From the NCBI GenBank assembly GCA_038816475.1, contig JAWBAI010000002.1, forward strand, positions 1-64,000: DNA of 64,000 bases, written 5' to 3'. Every line of letters starts with the position of its first letter. Within the stretch, counting starts at the first letter, position 1. This document shows, one piece after another, positions 19,161 to 27,752 of the stretch. Below the pieces are notes generated by a model. The model saw only the letters and a program-made list of their open reading frames with translations, was not told where the DNA came from and ran no database searches. Source of the DNA: Desulfurococcaceae archaeon (GTDB taxonomy: Archaea; Thermoproteota; Thermoprotei_A; Sulfolobales; Desulfurococcaceae). The translations under genes were made by a program, and so were the position numbers.

Positions 19161-19428
19161 CAGCTAGTTTAAACTCTTCAAGTTGTTTTCTCAGACTATC
19201 AATAACGTCCTTTAAGACCTTGCCTATATTCTCACCGTTTTTCACAACAAGAGTAAACTCAAGAACAGGTTTGAGTGGGTGTGGTACTCTGTAAGTAGCA
19301 TACTCAACTCCAGGGTGCCTAAGTGCTTCTTTCATCATCATGTTACCTAGCGTGTGATCCTCGCCCTCGATTTCTAGTACGATCTCCTTGTCACCTCTAG
19401 ACAAGATTCTCACGATCATTTGAAACAC
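19141..19428 (-). CDS. rpoL: RNA polymerase subunit Rpo11 (L)
   Basis: EGEDHTLGN, YRVPHPL. Confidence 0.95.
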   Translation of the reverse strand: MFQMIVRILSRGDKEIVLEIEGEDHTLGNMMMKEALRHPGVEYATYRVPHPLKPVLEFTLVVKNGENIGKVLKDVIDSLRKQLEEFKLAVENVLG

Positions 19429-19444
19429 CTAAGCACTACAATTT

Positions 19445-20068
19445 TCATTGAGTACGTTTTATCGTTTTTAATACTTTGTCTAAAGCTTCTGACCAGTGCT
19501 CCTTCAGTACGTACTTTCCATTTTCTTCTTCTAAAATCCCCATATTAACAGATATCTTCACTACGTCATCTATAGACAATCCCGTTAAAGCACTACAAGC
19601 TACAATGTAGTTTCTTGTAGAAGTGTTCTTGGCAATTCTGCTTGCCTGCATGTTGTAATCAGCAATCTTTCCAGCTATATCTAAAACTTCCTCGAACAAA
19701 GCATCCGAAACCACCACATTTTCCTCGCTGATAAACTCAGCGTGATAACCCTTTCTCCTTAAAACCTCTACTAGAATAACTGGTGAAAATGTCTTACGAA
19801 TTGTTCTCGTTATAAGCTCAACACTATATTTTCTGCTACGCTTAGACTTGCTCATGGCTTCTCTTAGTACACCGAGTGTTCTCTTTAGCTCAAACCACAG
19901 GGATTTTATATCGGTTTCATAACCATAAGCTTCAATTATAAGTCCTTTCTCTGTAATGTCGAATCTTAAATAACTCAGAGAGGGTATTTTGTCCTTTAAC
20001 AACTCGTATAGTTTAAAGCACTCTTCCTCTCTGCATGGTAAGTATATTGTTCTCTTAACTAAGGGCAC
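19445..20068 (-). CDS. DUF2067-like conserved protein
   Basis: Position between csl4 and rpoL; GTG start at 20068 with GGTGA RBS. Confidence 0.7.
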   Translation of the reverse strand: MPLVKRTIYLPCREEECFKLYELLKDKIPSLSYLRFDITEKGLIIEAYGYETDIKSLWFELKRTLGVLREAMSKSKRSRKYSVELITRTIRKTFSPVILVEVLRRKGYHAEFISEENVVVSDALFEEVLDIAGKIADYNMQASRIAKNTSTRNYIVACSALTGLSIDDVVKISVNMGILEEENGKYVLKEHWSEALDKVLKTIKRTQ

Positions 20069-20072
20069 ATTG

Positions 20073-20624
20073 TCACCGAGAAACCAGCATGTATCCAACA
20101 GCAACTTTTCTCCTCTCGTGGTTACTGCAGTTATTGCATCTTAGAATTCCGCTGGGCATTAAGTACAGTTCACGTCCACAGTTACCACAGTAAGCCAGTA
20201 AAACACCTAGTGAAGGTTCTCTTGTAGAGAGTATGTATGGCGGATGAGCGTTCAACACCTTTGCTTTTACAAGGTCGCTTGGTTTTATGTACTCGTAGAT
20301 ATCTACGACGAATTCACTTGTCAACTGCGAAACATGTAGAAGTCCTATTGCACCAAGTATTTTGCTTCCATTAGCACTGTATATTCTCACCACAGCTACA
20401 TCCTCTGATACGGATGTAACCACGCCCTCGGCTATGGACCCGGGCTTCAGTGAGAACTCCCGTTTGCTCAGGGGTTTAACGCCAGCAGTCTTTCTGTACT
20501 TGTCAAGCAGAGCTGTGCCTGCGAACAGTGCTCTAATATAGCCTTTCTCATCCACGTATACACCACTCGTTGGAATGGCTTCTTCTATTACAGCGATGTT
20601 TTCACCTGGTACTACGAAGCTCAT
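20073..20624 (-). CDS. csl4: Exosome RNA-binding subunit Csl4
   Basis: VVPGE N-terminus, S1 domain, LGVLLAYCGNC..CNNC..ERRK Zn ribbon. Confidence 0.92.
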   Translation of the reverse strand: MSFVVPGENIAVIEEAIPTSGVYVDEKGYIRALFAGTALLDKYRKTAGVKPLSKREFSLKPGSIAEGVVTSVSEDVAVVRIYSANGSKILGAIGLLHVSQLTSEFVVDIYEYIKPSDLVKAKVLNAHPPYILSTREPSLGVLLAYCGNCGRELYLMPSGILRCNNCSNHERRKVAVGYMLVSR

Positions 20625-21282
20625 TTAATCCCCTCTCTCTTAGAACTAAGAATATCGATTTAACCCTGTAGACTTTTCTTCTGTGCCTCTGATACATCAT
20701 TGGAATACTCAAGTTTAATACTTCAAACCACTCTATACTTCTATTCCAAGACTTTACCAGCTTCTGTAGTATTTCTATGAACCTTCTCGAGTACTTGTGA
20801 ATACTGTAAACGCTCTTACTGTTCTGAACAGCGTTCAACAGAAATTTTACGTCAAGTCCTCTATTTCCTCTTACAACACCAAAAGGCGGATTCATGATGA
20901 TGGTGTCAATGCTGTTTAAGCTGATCTCTGTTGCATCAGCTACAACGCTTATCAATCTCGCTCTTAAATCTCTGAAGTGCCTCTCTACGATGCTTGTTCC
21001 ATACCTTAAGATATCTTCATCTACGTCCACACATACAGCTCTACGAGCTCCGAGCAACAGGGATCCAATAGCTAATCTGGCATCACCACAGCCGAAATCA
21101 GAGATGGTTTTACTCTCGATATCCCCCTTCAGGTGCCCTATCCAAGTCATGTGGGCGACGATCTCCGCTGGAGTGGGGTACTGCTCCAGCTCTCGCTTGC
21201 CGACTGGTCTAGCCTCCTTGTCGAACGCGGCTACTAGGAGTTCCAACTCGGATTTACTAGTAACGCGTGTGCGAACTACCAT
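20602..21282 (-). CDS. METTL5-family N6-adenine methyltransferase
   Basis: LEQYPTP, DFGCGDA, MNPPFG, YSIHK. Confidence 0.9.
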   Translation of the reverse strand: MVVRTRVTSKSELELLVAAFDKEARPVGKRELEQYPTPAEIVAHMTWIGHLKGDIESKTISDFGCGDARLAIGSLLLGARRAVCVDVDEDILRYGTSIVERHFRDLRARLISVVADATEISLNSIDTIIMNPPFGVVRGNRGLDVKFLLNAVQNSKSVYSIHKYSRRFIEILQKLVKSWNRSIEWFEVLNLSIPMMYQRHRRKVYRVKSIFLVLRERGLNELRSTR

Positions 21283-22289
21283 GGAAAAATGTACCTTGCT
21301 GATTCATTGATAAGCATTATGAACTCTCCTGGTGTTAAAACAGGTTTATAAAACTCTGAGAGATCATCTATTGCTAAGCGAGGACAACTTGTAACAACGT
21401 AGAAATCAAGGTTTAGTGCATCATCGATTGCAACAAGCCGCTCCAACGTTAGATACTCCGAAGTTATCTTGTACACTTTGTAGCCTTTAGACTCTGCTAG
21501 CTTTTCAAGGTGTTCAACCAAGTTGTACCTATACTGACCCGGTCTCGCACCAATAACAAGTCCTAGTAAACCTCTCGTGGACATCTTTGCCCTGAGCAAC
21601 ATGTACATTCTTTTCTTGAGCACTTTCTCGGCTTCGGGTTTTACGTACCATGTTTTCCTGAGGTAGGGGTCTAGTGCTACGACAGGTTTTGACGATACAA
21701 GAGCTAATCCTAGCGGATGAAACACACCCCCAGCTATAACCACGTGGGAATCAGCCCAGTGATCCAGTATAACCACGTGGTTGTAGAAGCATCCTAGAAC
21801 AGGTTCTTCTATCTGCTTAACGGTGTATCCTTTGCTTAAAAGATAGTTTGCAACGTGTTCTCGGAAATACGTTTCTATCAGAGTTGATGAGACTGATACA
21901 CGGTTAGCACCCAAATGCTCGAGTCTCATGTGCAGATCTTCAAGTAGCTGAACTTCTGGTTTTTCAATATAGTAAACTGGTAGGTAGATCGTGTCCACGC
22001 CAGGAGTGCCCGCTAACTTGTACTCTGAATGACCTATGTGTAGAATTAGGTCAGCCTCAACAGCCTTAGCTTCTTCGAGCGGGAGATCGCATGCTCCATA
22101 CCCAGGGTTCAAAGAGTAGTACACTTCAAAGTCGACTTTACCTAGAACTTCTGCCACGCAGGAGTACAAGTGCTTCAATCCATCTGGTGCGTGGAGAAGA
22201 ATCCTTCTTCCTTTAGCTCTGCGTAGGACTATCTGAAGATTCTTTAAATCAACCTCGTAATTATTGCAGCATAGTTTTTCGGGTAACAG
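21276..22289 (-). CDS. dph2: Diphthamide biosynthesis enzyme Dph2 (start extended to CTG at 22289)
   Basis: YGACD, HIGH, VLGC, TSCPRL, PVLTP; conserved ILLHAPDGLK lies upstream of the ORF-track start. Confidence 0.9.
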   Translation of the reverse strand: MLPEKLCCNNYEVDLKNLQIVLRRAKGRRILLHAPDGLKHLYSCVAEVLGKVDFEVYYSLNPGYGACDLPLEEAKAVEADLILHIGHSEYKLAGTPGVDTIYLPVYYIEKPEVQLLEDLHMRLEHLGANRVSVSSTLIETYFREHVANYLLSKGYTVKQIEEPVLGCFYNHVVILDHWADSHVVIAGGVFHPLGLALVSSKPVVALDPYLRKTWYVKPEAEKVLKKRMYMLLRAKMSTRGLLGLVIGARPGQYRYNLVEHLEKLAESKGYKVYKITSEYLTLERLVAIDDALNLDFYVVTSCPRLAIDDLSEFYKPVLTPGEFIMLINESARYIFPW

Positions 22290-22304
22290 AGAAAAACCCC
22301 GTGA

Positions 22305-22835
22305 CTAAGCTGGAGGCAACCCGGGTTTTAAAGGCTTCACTACGATTCTACAAGGTAATGGTAGCTTTGATGCTGCAAGTTTTAGTGCTTCCTTGGCTAT
22401 GTTCAAATGCTCTTTCTTCACTCTGGCTAAGAATATCTCATAGCCTGGGTACACTCTTGCAGCTGTTCCAATGGGTTTACCGAAAGCTAGTCTCATACCT
22501 TCCTGTAATCTGTCTGCACCAGCAAATGCTAGCATTTTGTTTTCTCTTAGAACATGATGCGGGTAAACCTTCAACTTAAGGTAAAAGTTGTTTTCACCTG
22601 CTTTGGTTGTTAACCTCTTTAATGCCATAACACGTGCTGCCTCCAGAGCATTGTGCCTTATTTGACCAGCTTCTTCAACTACGAGAATAACCTCGTAGTC
22701 GTAATCTCCTTTTATATTACCCATCTCGAACTTGGATATTTTCGGCGGTGGAATACCTGGAATATACTCCTTCCTGGTGTACGGTGGACCACTGAACTTC
22801 GTATAGCACCTTGCTGGTCTAAGAGGCATAACCAC
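22305..22835 (-). CDS. rpl10e: 50S ribosomal protein L10e (uL16)
   Basis: [27 protein letters not shown]. Confidence 0.97.
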   Translation of the reverse strand: MVMPLRPARCYTKFSGPPYTRKEYIPGIPPPKISKFEMGNIKGDYDYEVILVVEEAGQIRHNALEAARVMALKRLTTKAGENNFYLKLKVYPHHVLRENKMLAFAGADRLQEGMRLAFGKPIGTAARVYPGYEIFLARVKKEHLNIAKEALKLAASKLPLPCRIVVKPLKPGLPPA

Positions 22836-22980
22836 CTACACCTTTACTAACATAGCCTAACATAGCTTTAGGTATCTAGTGCTTAAAAAGACTTAAATAG
22901 CTTCAAAGTAAAGATCAAAGGCGAATTGCAGAACGCTGGCCAAGAGTTAAAACCCTCTGTAGTGATACTAAGATATCGGC

Positions 22981-23082
22981 GCGGGGGTGCCCGAGCCTGG
23001 CCAAAGGGGGCGGACTCAAGATCTGGGCCCAGGAGAGATCCGCTGGCGTAGGCCTGCGTGGGTTCAAATCCCACCCCCCGCA
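22981..23082 (+). tRNA. tRNA-Leu(CAA) with 17-nt intron at 37/38 (23021-23037)
   Basis: Body nearly identical to tRNA-Leu(TAA) at 52394; anticodon loop CT-CAA-G then insert. Confidence 0.95.
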
Positions 23083-23441
23083 CTCAACACAGTCGTTGAG
23101 CAACCGTTGATGAGCTCTACTCGTAGATACTCATTCATGTGTTGCTATTTTCGATTCGTTCTTAACTTTAACCGCGATTCTAAAGATGTTTACTACACAC
23201 CGGTAATGCTCGAACACCTTTTAAAACCTGTGATTGTGCTCTCAGAATAATCCAGAAACTCACTCAGAGTAGTGCTTTAATTTACATTCATTGTCAATGT
23301 GCTGGTGCGATCTTTTCTCTACATCACTTCATACATGTGAAGGTAAAGTTCTATCTGCAACACGAATATGGCACCAGCTGGTATGGTTCGCAGTTCGTGA
23401 ACTCTTAATCGCAACTACAGCATAATTTCTCCTGTGGATTT

Positions 23442-24506
23442 CTACTTTGTGATAACCATACCCTTTATGGGGATTACTTCGCCGCATCTTCTACATCTGT
23501 ACTTTCCTTCGGTGCGATCAAGGCTATGGTGCAGTACTCTGTAGTTACTTCTGTAGATAACGATTTTACCACATTTAGGGCATCGTGTTGACTCGAGTTC
23601 TGGGTCCCAAACGTTGCCTATGTACACGTATTTTAAACCTTGTTTAACCGCGTAGTCTCGTATAGCTTTTAGCTTTTCAAGTGGTGTGGGAGGTTCTTTC
23701 CACCTGTGTGCTGGGTAGTATCTGTTCACGTGCAATGGAACGTCGGGACCTAGATGCTTCAAGTGGTTGTCTATAATCCACTCGTAGCATTCCTCGAAGT
23801 CGTTGGTATTGGTTACAACCAGGTAAACCATTTCCACGTGAGCGTTCATGTCGAGAGCCTTCGCAGCGTTTCTGAATACCACGCCATGGTCAATTCCTAC
23901 AAGTGCACGTTTCATCTGAGGACACCCCTTTATGTCGGCTGAAAACCCGTCAACACCAGCTTCTATTACCGATTCAAGTGATCTCTTCGTGAAGTACATG
24001 TTTGTAACCATCATGGAGTACAATCCGTGTTTAACAGCGATCTCTGTAACGTCGATTACATACTCTAGGTGTGTTATAGGTTCGTTGAAGCTGGCTGATA
24101 AGCCTTCATCTCCGCTGACTATAGCCATTCTTACAAGCTCCTCGGGAGCAACGTACTCCTCAAACCCTGTTGGTTTACGGTAACTGAGATGATCGTTCTG
24201 GCACCATGGACAGTAGAAGTTGCATCCGTAGTTGCTGTAAGTCAAAGCTGTAGACCCGGGCCAGTAATGGTACAACGGCTTAACCTCTATTGGTCTACTT
24301 TCAATAGCACTCAATCTACCGTAACCAATGTGGTACACTACTCCATCTATATTCCTGTAATTACCACATACACCAGCATACCCCTTTTTCAAAACACATT
24401 TCCTCTCACACACAAAGCACACCGCATCATCGTTTAAAGCTTCGCAGAACCGCGCTTTCACCACGTTATCAAGCTTGCCCACGGCATTCATCCTTTTACA
24501 CACCAT
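23442..24506 (-). CDS. AmmeMemoRadiSam-type radical SAM enzyme
   Basis: CFVCERKC..GVCG, PIEVKPLYH, GCNFYCPWCQN, C-terminal CPKC/CRRC. Confidence 0.88.
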   Translation of the reverse strand: MVCKRMNAVGKLDNVVKARFCEALNDDAVCFVCERKCVLKKGYAGVCGNYRNIDGVVYHIGYGRLSAIESRPIEVKPLYHYWPGSTALTYSNYGCNFYCPWCQNDHLSYRKPTGFEEYVAPEELVRMAIVSGDEGLSASFNEPITHLEYVIDVTEIAVKHGLYSMMVTNMYFTKRSLESVIEAGVDGFSADIKGCPQMKRALVGIDHGVVFRNAAKALDMNAHVEMVYLVVTNTNDFEECYEWIIDNHLKHLGPDVPLHVNRYYPAHRWKEPPTPLEKLKAIRDYAVKQGLKYVYIGNVWDPELESTRCPKCGKIVIYRSNYRVLHHSLDRTEGKYRCRRCGEVIPIKGMVITK

Positions 24507-24537
24507 TCATAACCGTGGTCTATAGTTAGAACAGTAG

Positions 24538-24647
24538 CGCCGGGGGCGGGATTCGAACCCGCGCGCCCCTGTGGAGGGGGCAGTGGGTCTCCCATGTGGA
24601 GCGCTGGAGCTCGAGCCCACCCCCTTAGACCGCTCGGGCACCCCGGC
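24538..24647 (-). tRNA. tRNA-Ser(CGA) with 21-nt intron at 37/38 (24589-24609)
   Basis: GCCGGGG acceptor, CT-CGA-G, long variable arm, GGTTCGAATCC. Confidence 0.94.
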
Positions 24648-24777
24648 TTCAATGAATAAGTATAACACTATGCATCCTTATATTCGCACGACCCTGAACT
24701 ACTACGTACACCTACTACGTTACGTGATGATCCAGACTCATAGGGTTTAAACCGGGGTATTATGTAATTAAGAGCGT

Positions 24778-24848
24778 GGTCGTTGATGAACCTTCAGCGG
24801 ACTGACCTAGATTGAAGAAACGTGACGACAAAGGCCGCTTCTGAGACC
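24778..24848 (+). ncRNA. C/D box methylation guide sRNA
   Basis: C TTGATGA, 12-nt guide, D' CTGA, C' GTGACGA, 12-nt guide, D CTGA; terminal stem GGTC/GACC; TTTAAA at 24746-24751. Confidence 0.85.
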
Positions 24849-24933
24849 TCCAGTAATGTACACAAAGACAGTGTTCGCGACTTCGAGTGGAACCGAATCA
24901 GATAGGTTATTAACTTGTCCGATGGATCCTTAT

Positions 24934-24945
24934 GTTACATGTAAC
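24934..24945. promoter_or_regulatory. Perfect 12-bp palindrome GTTACATGTAAC between TATA-like TTATTAA and the GH1 start; candidate operator
   Basis: Palindrome seen directly; function inferred from position. Confidence 0.35.
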
Positions 24946-24950
24946 TCAAG

Positions 24951-26416
24951 GTGTACAGTAAGTTGAAGTTTCCAAAAGAATTTCTCTTCGGTTTTAGTGA
25001 ATCCGGTTTCCAGTTTGAAATGGGGTATCCTGGAGACGAAGATCCCAACTCTGACTGGTGGTACTGGGTTCACTCAGTAGACAACATTGCCAGCGGTATT
25101 GTGAGTGGTCATTTCCCAGAGAACGGCCCTGGGTATTTCAAGCTCTATAAGCAAGACCATGATTTGGCTGAAAAGCTCGGTGCTGATGTTCTCAGATTAG
25201 GAGTGGAATGGAGTAGACTTTTCCCGAAGCCTACTAGAGAGGTCCCAGTTACTGTGGAAAGGGATGATGCAGGAGTAATATCGAGTATTGAAATATTGAA
25301 ATAAAAGAGTCTGCACTGAAAGAGCTTCTTGCACGAGTGAACAAAAATGCCGTGGAGAAGTACAGGTCTATTTTTAAGGACTGGGTTGATAGAGGAAGAA
25401 AGCTAATTGTAAACCTGAACCACTTCACATTACCCATCTGGATTCACAACCCTCTTGAAGCTAGAGTACGAGGAGTTTTCAATGCCCCATCTGGATGGTT
25501 GAGTGAGGAAACCGTTGTCGAGTTCACTAAGTACGCGTATGTGGCGGCTTACCTTTTCGACGAGTACGTTGACTACTGGAGTACGATGAACGAGCCCAAC
25601 GTGGTTGCCGTTGCCGGCTACCTGATGGTTAAGTCGGGCTTTCCACCGGGTATACCCAGTATAGAGTTCGCGCTTCTTGCTCTTAGAAATCAGGCAATAG
25701 CACATGCTAGAGCCTACGATGCAATTAAGCAAGTATCGAAGAAGCCTGTTGGTGTAATCATGAACTTTATATGGTTTGAACCACTAAAACCGGGGAGCGA
25801 GGACGAGGAAGCAGCTGTCAATGAAGCCTCCTACATGTATAACCTATCATTCGTGGATTCTGTAACGTCAGGCTCTAGCTCGGTGGTTTCCTCTAGTTCG
25901 CTGAGGAATAAGGTGGACTGGATAGGTGTAAACTACTACACCAGAATGGTGGTAACACGGAGAAGAAATGCTTTGATCGGGTGGGAGCCGGTTTTTGGTT
26001 ATGGATCCCTGTGTACACCAAGTGGTGTAAGTAACGCTGGAAGACCCTGTAGCGAGTTCGGCTGGGAGCTCTACCCTGAAGGTTTAGAAATACTCCTAGT
26101 ACTACTCTACGAGAGGTACAAGTTACCGATGCTGGTTACCGAGAACGGTGTTGCTGATGCTCACGATGCTCTGAGACCAAGATACATTGTTCAGCACCTT
26201 GAGTCCGTGGTCAAAGCTATCCAGAAGGGTGCTGACGTTAGAGGTTACCTACACTGGGCGCTGATCGACAACTACGAGTGGGCAATGGGCTACAAGATGA
26301 AGTTTGGCCTTATCAAGGTAGATTTTGAATCCAAGAAGCGTTTCATCAGGCCAAGCGCTCTTGTTTACCGGGAAATAGCAACTAATAAAGAACTACCGGA
26401 GGAGCTACTTTTCTAA
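24951..26416 (+). pseudogene. GH1 beta-glycosidase (CelB/LacS-like) split by an 8-bp tandem duplication
   Basis: FLFGFSESGFQFEMG, TMNEP, TENG, DNYEW; TATTGAAA duplicated at 25286-25301 shifts the frame between ORFs 24951-25304 and 25337-26416. Confidence 0.88.
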
Positions 26417-26632
26417 GCACACTCGTAGAACCTGGTGCAAAAGCTCTCAGCATGTACTGGGGTTTAGTAACTATAAGTCTACTCTGGGTTCCCTGCGCAC
26501 TGCTATGGTTGCCAGCATTCAGAACCTACGATAAGGATAGAGCGAAACTGAGAAGATTGCTTGCTACCAGAGTATCGATGGAGTCAATCCAGAGTACACA
26601 GTTTTAATTCTTCGAACACTCTAACGAGGTAG

Positions 26633-26696
26633 CCCTCGAAGCCAGGGGATTCTTCATCTATCCGCGGGTAGTCTCCCGACGGAGCTTCATCGGGTC
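26633..26696 (-). ncRNA. Tentative C/D-like sRNA with degenerate boxes
   Basis: CCGATGA-11nt-GAGA...ATGAAGA-11nt-TCGA with CCC/GGG ends; ATATAA about 25 nt upstream; GC-rich island in intergenic DNA. Confidence 0.45.
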
Positions 26697-26737
26697 TGTA
26701 TAGTGATATAGCAGAGACTCTTATATTGCTTTTACTC

Positions 26738-27457
26738 TCACTTAACCGTGAAGTAGACTCTCTTCTTGTTCTTACCCTTGTTCTCGGCTTTCAAGAAGAC
26801 TATTTCTCCGATTTCACCTGTTCTCCTGACATGTGGTCCTCCATCAGCTTGAATATCAACACCAGGTATTTCGACAATTCTCAGTTCGCTGATCTCTGGA
26901 GGGGCTCTTTCAGCTAACTTCACTACTCCTGGTATATTCAAGGCTTCGCTTCTCGGTAACCAGTATATTTTGACCTCGATGTTCATTCTAACTACTTCGT
27001 TGGCTTTCTCAATTGCTCTTATAAACAACTCCTTGTCGAATCTCTCCAGCGTGTAGTCGTCGTACGCGTAATCGGGTGTTATGTTGCCTCCGGATACTAG
27101 AGCACCGTACTCCCTGTACATTACAGCCGACAGAATATGTGCAGCTGTGTGTAATCTCATTAACCTGTACCTCCTGTCCCAGTCTAGAACCATTTTAACC
27201 CTAGTTCCTGGAGGAACATTAACGGGCTTTTCCACTCTGTGAGCTACCTCGTTCGTGCTTTTATCAATGAACACTTCGACAACTTCTACTCTCTCACCGT
27301 TAATCAGTATGAATCCTTTATCGTGGTCAACTCCCCCACTTCTAGGATGAAAAATAGTGCTATCAAAGAAGAGCAGGTCTTCCAATGTTCGTAGCAGAGT
27401 AGACTCGTGTTCTCGTATGTAGGAATCGTACTGGTATATAAGCCTAGTTGCAACCAC
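26738..27457 (-). CDS. alaX: Alanyl-tRNA editing protein AlaX-M
   Basis: TIFHPRSGG, RLMRLHTAAH, DGGPHV; start moved to GTG 27457 because the track start lies inside tRNA-Gln. Confidence 0.92.
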   Translation of the reverse strand: MVATRLIYQYDSYIREHESTLLRTLEDLLFFDSTIFHPRSGGVDHDKGFILINGERVEVVEVFIDKSTNEVAHRVEKPVNVPPGTRVKMVLDWDRRYRLMRLHTAAHILSAVMYREYGALVSGGNITPDYAYDDYTLERFDKELFIRAIEKANEVVRMNIEVKIYWLPRSEALNIPGVVKLAERAPPEISELRIVEIPGVDIQADGGPHVRRTGEIGEIVFLKAENKGKNKKRVYFTVK

Positions 27458-27477
27458 AACAACTACACCAAGTGCAG

Positions 27478-27550
27478 TAGCCGGGCGGGGATTCGAACCC
27501 CGGTCACGGGGGCCAGAGCCCCGCATCCTTGGCCGCTAGACGACCCGGCT
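27478..27550 (-). tRNA. tRNA-Gln(CTG)
   Basis: A1-U72 acceptor AGCCGGG, CT-CTG-GC loop, GGTTCGAATCC. Confidence 0.96.
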
Positions 27551-27643
27551 ATACCAAGTATATTACTTTAGAAGTAGGCCTTAAAAACAGTGCTTTTATT
27601 GTGATGATAGGTTTTTAAATCCCCGTTTAACTTAGAATTCAAG

Positions 27644-27717
<74 letters not shown>

Positions 27718-27752
27718 CGATTCCAAATTCGTTGAGAACAATCATCCGTGAA

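Noticed and set aside
22883-23250. ORFs over tRNA-Leu(CAA), and the N-terminal extension of ORF 26738-27526 over tRNA-Gln
   Set aside because: Translations of tRNA sequence
23100-23300. TTGATGA and CTGA motifs suggesting another C/D sRNA
   Set aside because: Boxes are on inconsistent strands or spacings and guides would be AT-rich
25286-25310. Programmed -1 frameshift in the GH1 gene
   Set aside because: No X-XXY-YYZ slippery site; the exact 8-bp duplication explains the break
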